From contig CBFIFL010000002.1 of NCBI GenBank assembly GCA_965661855.1, positions 8,270-72,269 on the forward strand: a stretch of 64,000 nt of DNA, read 5' to 3'. Below are positions 18,649 to 26,611 of the stretch, in pieces. Under the pieces are notes generated by a model, which was not told where the DNA came from, searched no databases, and saw only the letters and a list, made by a program, of their open reading frames with translations. Each line of letters begins with the position of its first letter. Within the stretch, counting starts at the first letter, position 1. The stretch is from Flavobacteriales bacterium. GTDB taxonomy: Bacteria; Bacteroidota; Bacteroidia; Flavobacteriales_C; CBFIFL01. The position numbers and the translations under genes were made by a program.

Positions 18649-19998
18649 TTATAGAGTAACTCCAGTATAGCTTTGTGGACTAATACATTTTAGTTCAGCT
18701 TTAACTTCATCACTAATGTTTAAAGTATCAACGAAACTTGAGATAGTATCAGCGTTAATTCCAGTATTTGTTCTAGTCAAGTCTTTTAAAGCTTCATAAG
18801 GCTTTGGAAAACCTTCTCTTCTTAAAACCGTTTGAATCGCCTCTGCAACAACAGCCCAGTTATTCTCTAAATCATTTTGAACCTTATTTTCATTCAAGAT
18901 TAACTTTCCTAAACCTTTTAAAGTTGCTTTGAAAGCAATAACTGTATGAGCTAAAGGAACACCGATATTTCTTAATACAGTTGAATCAGTTAAATCTCTT
19001 TGCAATCTTGAGATAGGTAATTTAGCTGATAAATGTTCGAACATGGCATTAGCTAAACCTAAGTTACCTTCTGAGTTTTCAAAATCAATTGGATTTACTT
19101 TATGTGGCATAGCACTAGATCCAACTTCTCCAGCTTTAATTTTTTGTTTGAAATAGTCCGTTGAAATGTAAGTCCAAATGTCACGATCTAAATCAATAAT
19201 AATAGTGTTGATTCTTTTTAAACAATCGAAACAAGCAGCAAGATTATCGTAATGCTCAATTTGAGTTGTTGTTTGAGAACGATCTAAACCAAGAATATCA
19301 TTTACAAAGTTATTTGAAAACTGAACCCAATCAATCGAAGGGTAAGCGATATGATGCGCATTGAAGTTACCTGTAGCTCCTCCAAACTTAGCACTAAAAG
19401 GAATTGCCTTTAATTGCTCTACTTGCTTTTCTATTCTTTCAGTAAAAACTTTAATCTCTTTTCCTAAACGAGTAGGAGAAGCAGGCTGACCATGAGTTCT
19501 TGCTAACATAGACACGTTAGTCCATTCTGATGATCTATCTTTTAAAGTCTGAATTAATTCTTCCAATGAAGGAAGGTATTCATTCATGATTCCTTCTTTT
19601 AATGATAAAGGAACAGAAGTATTATTAATGTCTTGAGAAGTCAAACCAAAATGAACAAATTCCATTTGCTCTCCAATACCTAAATCCTTCATTTTATCCT
19701 TAATGAAGTATTCAACAGCTTTAACATCATGATTTGTTGTTTTCTCAATCTCCTTCACTGCTAATGCATCAGCTTCAGTAAAGTTATTGTAGATACCTCT
19801 TAAATCTGAATAAAGAGACTTATTGAAGTCATTTAGTTGAGGTAGAGGAAGTTCACAAAGAGCAATGAAATATTCAATTTCAACTCTAACTCTGTATTTA
19901 ATCAAAGCTGCTTCAGAAAAATAAGGTGCTAAAGCACTTACTTTGTTTCTATATCTACCATCAATTGGTGAAATGGCTGTTAATTCATTTAATTCCAT
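18649..19998 (-). CDS. purB: Adenylosuccinate lyase
   Basis: AISPIDGRY, TNHDVKAVEY, ARTHGQPA, GSSAMPHKVNPIDFENSEGN, SRLQRDLTDS; TAACTTTG -7 element at 20017-20024. Confidence 0.97.
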   Translation of the reverse strand: MELNELTAISPIDGRYRNKVSALAPYFSEAALIKYRVRVEIEYFIALCELPLPQLNDFNKSLYSDLRGIYNNFTEADALAVKEIEKTTNHDVKAVEYFIKDKMKDLGIGEQMEFVHFGLTSQDINNTSVPLSLKEGIMNEYLPSLEELIQTLKDRSSEWTNVSMLARTHGQPASPTRLGKEIKVFTERIEKQVEQLKAIPFSAKFGGATGNFNAHHIAYPSIDWVQFSNNFVNDILGLDRSQTTTQIEHYDNLAACFDCLKRINTIIIDLDRDIWTYISTDYFKQKIKAGEVGSSAMPHKVNPIDFENSEGNLGLANAMFEHLSAKLPISRLQRDLTDSTVLRNIGVPLAHTVIAFKATLKGLGKLILNENKVQNDLENNWAVVAEAIQTVLRREGFPKPYEALKDLTRTNTGINADTISSFVDTLNISDEVKAELKCISPQSYTGVTL

Positions 19999-20098
19999 AA
20001 GAAAAATTTAGAGCTGCAAAGTTAATAAACCGATTGCTAACAAATGTTATCTCTTTAAATGGATTTAAATTTTGTTGTGAATTATTATCTTCAAAGCA

Positions 20099-20845
20099 AT
20101 GAAACAAATACTTGGAGCAAGTTTTAAATATTTCAAAGCCTTTCGATTTGTTAAAAAGCACAAGCTGTGGGGATTTGTAATTGTTCCTGGTTTGGTTAAT
20201 GTGGCAATGCTCATTGCAATTGTTTACGCATCATTTTATTTTTCAGATCAATTAAAAGAAGCAATATTAGATCAAGCTTTTGCTTGGTTAGACTGTTTAC
20301 CCAACTTTATGTTGGATTCTATCGTCTTTATAATATCCATATTAATACGTTTCGTGCTATTTGCGATTTATATATACATATATAAAACACTTATCATGAT
20401 TCTGCTTTCACCAATGCTTTCTTACTTAGCAGAAAAAGTTAGGCTAATATTAACAGGAGAAGAGAAACCTTTTGGTTTGGAGCAACTGATAAATGACTCT
20501 TTAAGAGGAATACGAATTGCTTTTAGAAGTCTTGGAATGGAATTGTTGGCTTACTTAATCATTTTGATTTTGATGTTTGTGCCGATAGTTCAATTCTTCA
20601 CTCCAATACTGTTAATACTGGTTCAAACTTATTTTCATGGTTTTAGTATGTTGGACTATTGTATGGAAGCAAGAGGCTATGATTACAAAGAAAGTATTGC
20701 AGAAATAAGGAACAAGAAACCATTAGCTATCGGAAACGGTATAGGTTTTTATGTTTTAACACTAATACCTATCGTTGGATGGATGTTTGCTCCTACATTA
20801 GGAGTGGTATCAGCATATTTAAGTCTTGAAGAAAGAAATGAATAA
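20099..20845 (+). CDS. EI24/CysZ-like membrane protein
   Basis: Multi-TM; LLSPMLSYLAEKV, GFSMLDY, LIPIVG pattern. Confidence 0.75.
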   Translation: MKQILGASFKYFKAFRFVKKHKLWGFVIVPGLVNVAMLIAIVYASFYFSDQLKEAILDQAFAWLDCLPNFMLDSIVFIISILIRFVLFAIYIYIYKTLIMILLSPMLSYLAEKVRLILTGEEKPFGLEQLINDSLRGIRIAFRSLGMELLAYLIILILMFVPIVQFFTPILLILVQTYFHGFSMLDYCMEARGYDYKESIAEIRNKKPLAIGNGIGFYVLTLIPIVGWMFAPTLGVVSAYLSLEERNE

Positions 20846-22916
20846 GATTTTATTAATCACATGTTTACTGTTGTCTGTTTTGAGAGTTTCCTCTCAAACC
20901 TCAGAGCCTGTTATTGATACTAGTTTTACAGTTGGTGGCTTGGATGATGACAGGCTTTATGTTGTTAGAGAATTAGATAATAAGCAAGTGCTACTTGGAG
21001 GAGAAACGAACTCTATTATTAGTGGAGATTTAACTGCTTTTAATGAGGGAGAGACAGATTTATGGGTGGTAAAGCACGATACTGCTAGCTTATTCGGAAA
21101 CGTTTGGGATTTGACCTATGGAGGGGATTCGGTTGACTTATTTGCAGATATGGAATTAATGTCTGACGGTTTTGTATTACTTGGTACTTCTAGGTCTCCA
21201 ATTTCTGGAGAGAAAAGCGCAAACTCCAAGGGTGGAATGGATTATTGGGTAATTCGATGTGACTTAAATGGGAATGTTCTATGGGATCGTACTATTGGTG
21301 GCGCAGGGGAAGATACAGCAACTGCTGTTGCTGTTGTAGGTGGTAATGGATTTTTAATAGGAGGATATTCTACTTCTGAAAATACTGGAGACAAAACTGA
21401 AGTAGGAAGAGGAAGTACTGATTATTGGGTAGTAAGATTGGACGCAAATGGTAATATAATGTGGGACAAGACTATGGGAGGTGATGATGAAGAGTATCTT
21501 GAAGATGTTTTTTATAATGAGGGTCAGTTCTTATGTTTAGGTAGCTCAACTTCGGAGGATACAGGTGAGAAAACTTTAGCTTCTTATGGGATGAATGATG
21601 TTTGGTTGGTGGCATTAGATGATCTAGGGAATGTAGTTTGGGATGAATCCTATGGAGGAACCAACAACGATTATGGGGTAGAAGTTGCATTGCAAATAAC
21701 CAATAATTTAATCATAGGAACAAGCAGTGAATCCGGTGCTAATGGAAATAAGAATAGTGCATCTTATGGAAATATGGATGTTTGGATATTACAGATAGAC
21801 TCTGTTGGAGGGATAGAGTGGCAAACAGCTTATGGAGGAACTGATAGAGATGAGTTTTATGATATGCTAGCAACTCCTCAAGGAGGAATGGCAATAGGAG
21901 CTTCAACTTTGTCTTCCGTAGGAGGAAATAAAACTTCTACAAATAGAGGCGGAGTTGATTACTGGATTTTCAGTATTGATAGCGCAGGATCTAAAGGCTG
22001 GGATTTTACTTATGGAGGAGCTGATAATGATCATTTTAGATCTATTTACCAAGGATGTGATAGAGGTTTTTTATTAGGAGGTTTTTCTGAATCAAATGAG
22101 GGTTCAGAGAAACTCCAAGACGCTATAGGTCTGCATGATTATTGGTTTATTCGAACTTTGCTTCCCACTCGTCCTAAATTTGCATTTAGTGATGTTTGTT
22201 ATGGTAGTACTGTCGACTTTTTTGATATATCAGATGTTTGGCCAGATAGCTGGCTTTGGGATTTTGGAGATCCTTTGTCTGGTAATAACACCTCAGAGGA
22301 TCAGCACCCCCAGCATAGTTTTTCAGGTCCAGGAGATTTTGAAATTACATTGTTTGTGCAGGAGGGGTGTCAACAAGATACTTTCTTCGTGGATACCATT
22401 ACTATTATTGATAATAAGGTGCTGGGCACATTAGACTTAGGTCCTGGTCAGTCATTTTGTGAAGGCGAATCAGTTGTTATAGATGCAGGTGAACAAGCTG
22501 CTGGAACAACTTACATATGGTCTACTGGTGAAACCACAAGGAAAATTGTGATTGATACGATAGGCGTTTATAATTGTACCATACAGAATGATATTTGTGT
22601 TGATACTGATCAAATAGAATTTGACTGGTGTCCGGATATGGTTGCTCAATCAGCTTTTTCACCAAATGGGGATGGAGTGAATGATTTTTTCTTACCTGCT
22701 TATATGAAAGGAGTCAGAGAAATGGATATGTACATCTATAACCGCTGGGGAGAGGTGATCTTTCACGGTACAGACATCCAAAAAGGTTGGAATGGGAGAG
22801 ATAAAAATGGAGCAGGAAAATTAGTTCAGAACGATGTTTACGTGTATATTATTTATTATAAAGGATTAGGTACCGAAGAACATAAGTTAATGGGACATGT
22901 TACTATAGTTAGGTAA
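20838..22916 (+). CDS. T9SS type-B CTD (gliding motility-associated) surface protein with beta-propeller repeats and PKD domain
   Basis: About 7 repeats of WDxTxGG..D/DYW; PKD WLWDFGD; CTD AFSPNGDGVNDFF..IYNRWGE..GHVTIVR. Confidence 0.88.
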   Translation: MNKILLITCLLLSVLRVSSQTSEPVIDTSFTVGGLDDDRLYVVRELDNKQVLLGGETNSIISGDLTAFNEGETDLWVVKHDTASLFGNVWDLTYGGDSVDLFADMELMSDGFVLLGTSRSPISGEKSANSKGGMDYWVIRCDLNGNVLWDRTIGGAGEDTATAVAVVGGNGFLIGGYSTSENTGDKTEVGRGSTDYWVVRLDANGNIMWDKTMGGDDEEYLEDVFYNEGQFLCLGSSTSEDTGEKTLASYGMNDVWLVALDDLGNVVWDESYGGTNNDYGVEVALQITNNLIIGTSSESGANGNKNSASYGNMDVWILQIDSVGGIEWQTAYGGTDRDEFYDMLATPQGGMAIGASTLSSVGGNKTSTNRGGVDYWIFSIDSAGSKGWDFTYGGADNDHFRSIYQGCDRGFLLGGFSESNEGSEKLQDAIGLHDYWFIRTLLPTRPKFAFSDVCYGSTVDFFDISDVWPDSWLWDFGDPLSGNNTSEDQHPQHSFSGPGDFEITLFVQEGCQQDTFFVDTITIIDNKVLGTLDLGPGQSFCEGESVVIDAGEQAAGTTYIWSTGETTRKIVIDTIGVYNCTIQNDICVDTDQIEFDWCPDMVAQSAFSPNGDGVNDFFLPAYMKGVREMDMYIYNRWGEVIFHGTDIQKGWNGRDKNGAGKLVQNDVYVYIIYYKGLGTEEHKLMGHVTIVR

Positions 22917-23032
22917 TTTAATGTCTTTTTCGGTGAACTAAAGCAGAATTCCAGCGTAAGCTGAAAATTCGTTATTTTTGTTAGGTTTAAAATAGTTACT
23001 TGTATAACAGCTATTTATAAGGTTTATTATTT

Positions 23033-25024
23033 ATGGGATTGAAATTATTGCTTTCAACATTAGTTTTAACTGGATCAATTGGAATGCTATCTGCAAAGGA
23101 TAAAGATTCTACAGCTTTTACAGTTAAAGAAAAATATCAATTAAGAAGAGGTGACTTTGCTGTGAAGTCGGCAGATTATGAGTCGGCACTGACTATTTAC
23201 CTTGAGTTGTATACAAATCATAAAGATGATGCTCAAATCAATGCAAGTCTTGCAAAGGCTTACTTTGAATCTAATAATCTTCTAGATGCAGAGTATCACT
23301 TTACAAGAGTAACAGAGATAAATAAGGATGTTGATGCTTATTTTTATATGGATTATGGTCATTACCTTTTGAGTAAAGGGGAGTATGAAAAAGCATTAAC
23401 TCAGTTTGAAAATTTTAAAAAGAAAGAGCCTAAAACTAAAGATTTAAAGTTTTCTCAGGTTGAGAACTATATTCTTCAATGTAAAGGAGCTATTGCTAAT
23501 AAAGAAAACATTAAGGTTCAAGTTAAGGCGCTTTCAAATACGGTGAATTCGGAATACACGGATGCGGCTCCTGGAATTACGGCTGACGGAAAAACGCTAA
23601 TATTTAACTCTAGACGTCCTGTTAACAAAGGAGGTCAAATGGCACCAGACGGACAATTCTTTGAAGATGTATATATTGCGACTTGGAACGAAAAAACAAA
23701 CAATTGGAATGAAGCTGTTCCGGTTGAAGGAGTTGTAAATACGAATGAGCATGATGCCGCAACAAGTATTTCAGCGGATGGACAACAAATGTTGGTTTAT
23801 CAAAATATTTTAGGTGTAACGAAGAGTGGAGATATCTATCTCTCAAATAAAGGTTCTAACGGAAGATGGGGAAGAGCTAAAGCGTTTGAAGAGATTAACT
23901 CTGGTTTCTTTGAAAGTTCAGCTTGTTTTTCTGCTGACGGTAAGAAAGTGTTTTTTATATCTGAAAGAAAAAAAGGATTAGGAAACGGAGATATTTATTT
24001 TTCTGAAAAAGTAGATGGTAAATGGTCTAAGCCAAAGAATATTGGAGATGTGGTTAATACACCTGAAGATGAGGTTGGATTATTCTTACACCCTGATGGT
24101 AAAACGTTATTCTTTGCTTCGAAAGGACATTTTGAGCAAAACTACGGAGGATACGATATTTTTAAGACTGTGTTAGGTGAAGACGGAGTATGGTCTAAGC
24201 CACAAAATTTAGGATCTCCAGTTAATACGTATAGAGACGAAAGACACTTTGTTTTAAATACGGAAGGTGATAGAGGTTACTTTACTGCTCAAAGACAGGT
24301 TGGAAGAACGGATTTAGATATTTACGAGGTAGATTTCTCTAAGTACAATCCAATGACTGGTGAAACAGTAGCTGAAACTCAGTTTACGATTTTAAAAGGT
24401 TTGATTTCTGATTCAAAAACGGGTTCTAAGTTAACAGGACAATTAATTGTGACTGATTTAGAAACGAATGAGGTTAGCATGATGGAGGTTGATGAAGAAG
24501 GAGAATTCTTTATGACTCTACCAGGAAATAAGAAATATAACTTAGCGGTAATCAAAGAAGGTTACAATGCGTTTAGACAAGAATTCTTGTTGCCAGTAGG
24601 TAATGACAGCGAAACGATCACTTTTGAGAATGATATCTTATTAGAAAGCGAAAGAGAGATTGAGGTAATCGATAAAAGATTATTTTCTGTTCAAATAGTG
24701 AGATTCGATAAGGCTTCTGCTAAAGCGGAGTTTTCTAAAGAAGTAGAAACGGAATTAGACTTATTTGTAGAGCAATTGAAAAAAGCACCAAGCTATTTTG
24801 TTGAATTATCAGGATACACTGATAATACAGGTTCGGTTTCTGGAAATAAGAAGTTATCAAAGCAAAGAGCTAGTATGGTAGCTACTTACTTTAAGGATCA
24901 TGGAATTGATTCTTCAAGAATTGTAATTGTTGGTCATGGTCCTGAAAAGGCAATTGCTGATAATAGCACTGAAGAAGGAAGAGCACAAAACAGAAGAGTG
25001 GAGATTAAATTATTCGAGAAATAA
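23033..25024 (+). CDS. TPR-PD40-OmpA family protein (PorE-like architecture)
   Basis: TPRs; PD40 repeats (ITADGKTLIFNS, LHPDGKTLFFAS); OmpA domain GYTD..N..LS..RA, NRRVE. Confidence 0.9.
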   Translation: MGLKLLLSTLVLTGSIGMLSAKDKDSTAFTVKEKYQLRRGDFAVKSADYESALTIYLELYTNHKDDAQINASLAKAYFESNNLLDAEYHFTRVTEINKDVDAYFYMDYGHYLLSKGEYEKALTQFENFKKKEPKTKDLKFSQVENYILQCKGAIANKENIKVQVKALSNTVNSEYTDAAPGITADGKTLIFNSRRPVNKGGQMAPDGQFFEDVYIATWNEKTNNWNEAVPVEGVVNTNEHDAATSISADGQQMLVYQNILGVTKSGDIYLSNKGSNGRWGRAKAFEEINSGFFESSACFSADGKKVFFISERKKGLGNGDIYFSEKVDGKWSKPKNIGDVVNTPEDEVGLFLHPDGKTLFFASKGHFEQNYGGYDIFKTVLGEDGVWSKPQNLGSPVNTYRDERHFVLNTEGDRGYFTAQRQVGRTDLDIYEVDFSKYNPMTGETVAETQFTILKGLISDSKTGSKLTGQLIVTDLETNEVSMMEVDEEGEFFMTLPGNKKYNLAVIKEGYNAFRQEFLLPVGNDSETITFENDILLESEREIEVIDKRLFSVQIVRFDKASAKAEFSKEVETELDLFVEQLKKAPSYFVELSGYTDNTGSVSGNKKLSKQRASMVATYFKDHGIDSSRIVIVGHGPEKAIADNSTEEGRAQNRRVEIKLFEK

Positions 25025-25050
25025 GAATTTAATCGTCTATCGAAATATTT

Positions 25051-25080
25051 AAAAGCTTAATCTTAGGATTAAGCTTTTTT
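25051..25080 (+). terminator. Intrinsic terminator
   Basis: aaaagcttaatc-ttag-gattaagctttttt. Confidence 0.75.
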
Positions 25081-25116
25081 ATTTTATGATATTTTTACGC
25101 TTTGAAAACGACTTTT

Positions 25117-25365
25117 ATGAAAGCTACTGTTGAAATAAGTAAGTATCCTTTAAATGCTGATTACGAACCGCCGATTATCGATTTTATCGAACGTTTAAAT
25201 GCAAATAAGAATGTACAGGTTAAGACGAATGCTACTGCAACTCATGTTGTAGGTGAATTCGATGAGGTTATGTCTTTGCTTCAAGCAGAGATAAAGAGTT
25301 CTTTTGAAAAGTACGGTAAGGCCATTTTTGTTATGAAAGTTTTAAATGGTGACTTGGATATATAA
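25117..25365 (+). CDS. YkoF/thiamine-binding protein family small protein
   Basis: VEISKYPL...TNATATHVVGEFDEVM pattern; thiamine locus context. Confidence 0.7.
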   Translation: MKATVEISKYPLNADYEPPIIDFIERLNANKNVQVKTNATATHVVGEFDEVMSLLQAEIKSSFEKYGKAIFVMKVLNGDLDI

Positions 25366-25942
25366 CAACCTTTCACTGGTTCTTGAAATTGTTGCAGTTG
25401 CATTTGGTTTGGCTTATGTGGTTTATGCTGCACTTAACAAAGTGATTGCTTGGCCTCTTGGTATTGTAGGTTCAGCAATTAGCATATTCATTTTTGTTGT
25501 TTACGCCAAGTTGTATGCCGAATCAATCCTTTACTTGTATTATGTGATTATGGGCTTTTACGGTTGGTGGAACTGGAAGTCTTCAAGTCAAGGTGAAGTT
25601 CAAAAAATCGAACAAAAGGGATTGGTCACTCACCTAATTCTAATTAGTATTGGAGTGGCTTTTAGTTTTATCCTGTACTATGGAATTACCTATTTTACCG
25701 ATGATGCTGAAAGACCTTTGATCGATTCATTTACTACAAGCTTTAGTTTTATAGCAACATACATGACAACTAGAAGATGGATTGGGAATTGGATTTATTG
25801 GGTTCTTATTAATGTTCTATCTGTCTATTTGTATTATTCTAGATCGTTATCCATCTACGCTATGTTGATGCTGATCAATGCTATAGTTGCAGCTCTAGCT
25901 TATTTTAAATGGAAAGCTTTAATGGCATATGAAAACAAATAA
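25346..25942 (+). CDS. pnuC: PnuC-family vitamin transporter (likely PnuT-type, thiamine)
   Basis: LEIVAV, AWPLG, GFYGWWNW, DSFTT, NWIYW motifs. Confidence 0.88.
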   Translation: MVTWIYNNLSLVLEIVAVAFGLAYVVYAALNKVIAWPLGIVGSAISIFIFVVYAKLYAESILYLYYVIMGFYGWWNWKSSSQGEVQKIEQKGLVTHLILISIGVAFSFILYYGITYFTDDAERPLIDSFTTSFSFIATYMTTRRWIGNWIYWVLINVLSVYLYYSRSLSIYAMLMLINAIVAALAYFKWKALMAYENK

Positions 25943-26450
25943 GATCACTTTTGTTTTTACCGGTCCTGAATCTACAGCTAAGTCTAGTTTAGCAGAGCTA
26001 TTTTCTAAAGAGTATAATTTACCTCTTGTAAAGGAATATGCAAGAGAGTATTTGATGAACATTGATCGAGCTTATGAATTAGAAGATGTTCTTTTAATGG
26101 CACAAGGTCAATTAAAGCAAGAGAAAGAGTTTGAAGATCAAAGTTCTGTTTTAGATACTGACCTAAGCGTGTTTAATATTTGGTTAGACGTTAAATATGG
26201 TCACAAAGAAGAATGGATAGACAAACAATTGAAGATCAATCAAAATAAAGTCTACCTCTTGTGTTATCCAGATATTGAATGGGAGGGAGATCCATTAAGA
26301 GAAACCACAAATAAGGAAGAATTAGCGGACTTGTTTGCTAGATATGAAGACTTGTTAAAAGATAATGAAGCAAAGTACTTCATTATAAAAGGACAAGGGC
26401 AAGAAAGAATAGAAAATACAAGAAGAGTTTTTGAAGCTCAAAAATTGTAG
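25929..26450 (+). CDS. NadR-like P-loop kinase (AAA_28)
   Basis: TGPESTAKSSLA, EYAREY, LDTD, WEGDPLRE match the NadR C-terminal kinase domain. Confidence 0.85.
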   Translation: MKTNKITFVFTGPESTAKSSLAELFSKEYNLPLVKEYAREYLMNIDRAYELEDVLLMAQGQLKQEKEFEDQSSVLDTDLSVFNIWLDVKYGHKEEWIDKQLKINQNKVYLLCYPDIEWEGDPLRETTNKEELADLFARYEDLLKDNEAKYFIIKGQGQERIENTRRVFEAQKL

Positions 26451-26458
26451 TACTTTTG
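26451..26458 (+). promoter_or_regulatory. Bacteroidota -7 promoter element upstream of the TPP riboswitch
   Basis: TACTTTTG matches TAnnTTTG just before the aptamer. Confidence 0.6.
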
Positions 26459-26464
26459 CGTCAT

Positions 26465-26548
26465 CTCATGGGGTGCCGGAAGGCTGAGATTATACCCAAT
26501 TCCGGTTCTTCGGAATGAGCCTGATCCAGGTAATGCTGGCGTAGGTAT
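26465..26548 (+). ncRNA. TPP riboswitch
   Basis: GGGGTGC..GCTGAGA.TATACCC..CCTGATCCAGGTAATGCTGGCGTAGG conserved blocks upstream of a TBDT. Confidence 0.92.
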
Positions 26549-26611
26549 TTATTAATTATTAAAGTTGAACATACGAATGTTTGGCCCCAAACTTTCGTCA
26601 AATTAAAAAGT

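Noticed and set aside
20940-22150. Repeats in the T9SS cargo gene as a DNA repeat array or diversity-generating target
   Set aside because: They are diverged protein-level propeller repeats, with no near-identical DNA copies and no reverse transcriptase.
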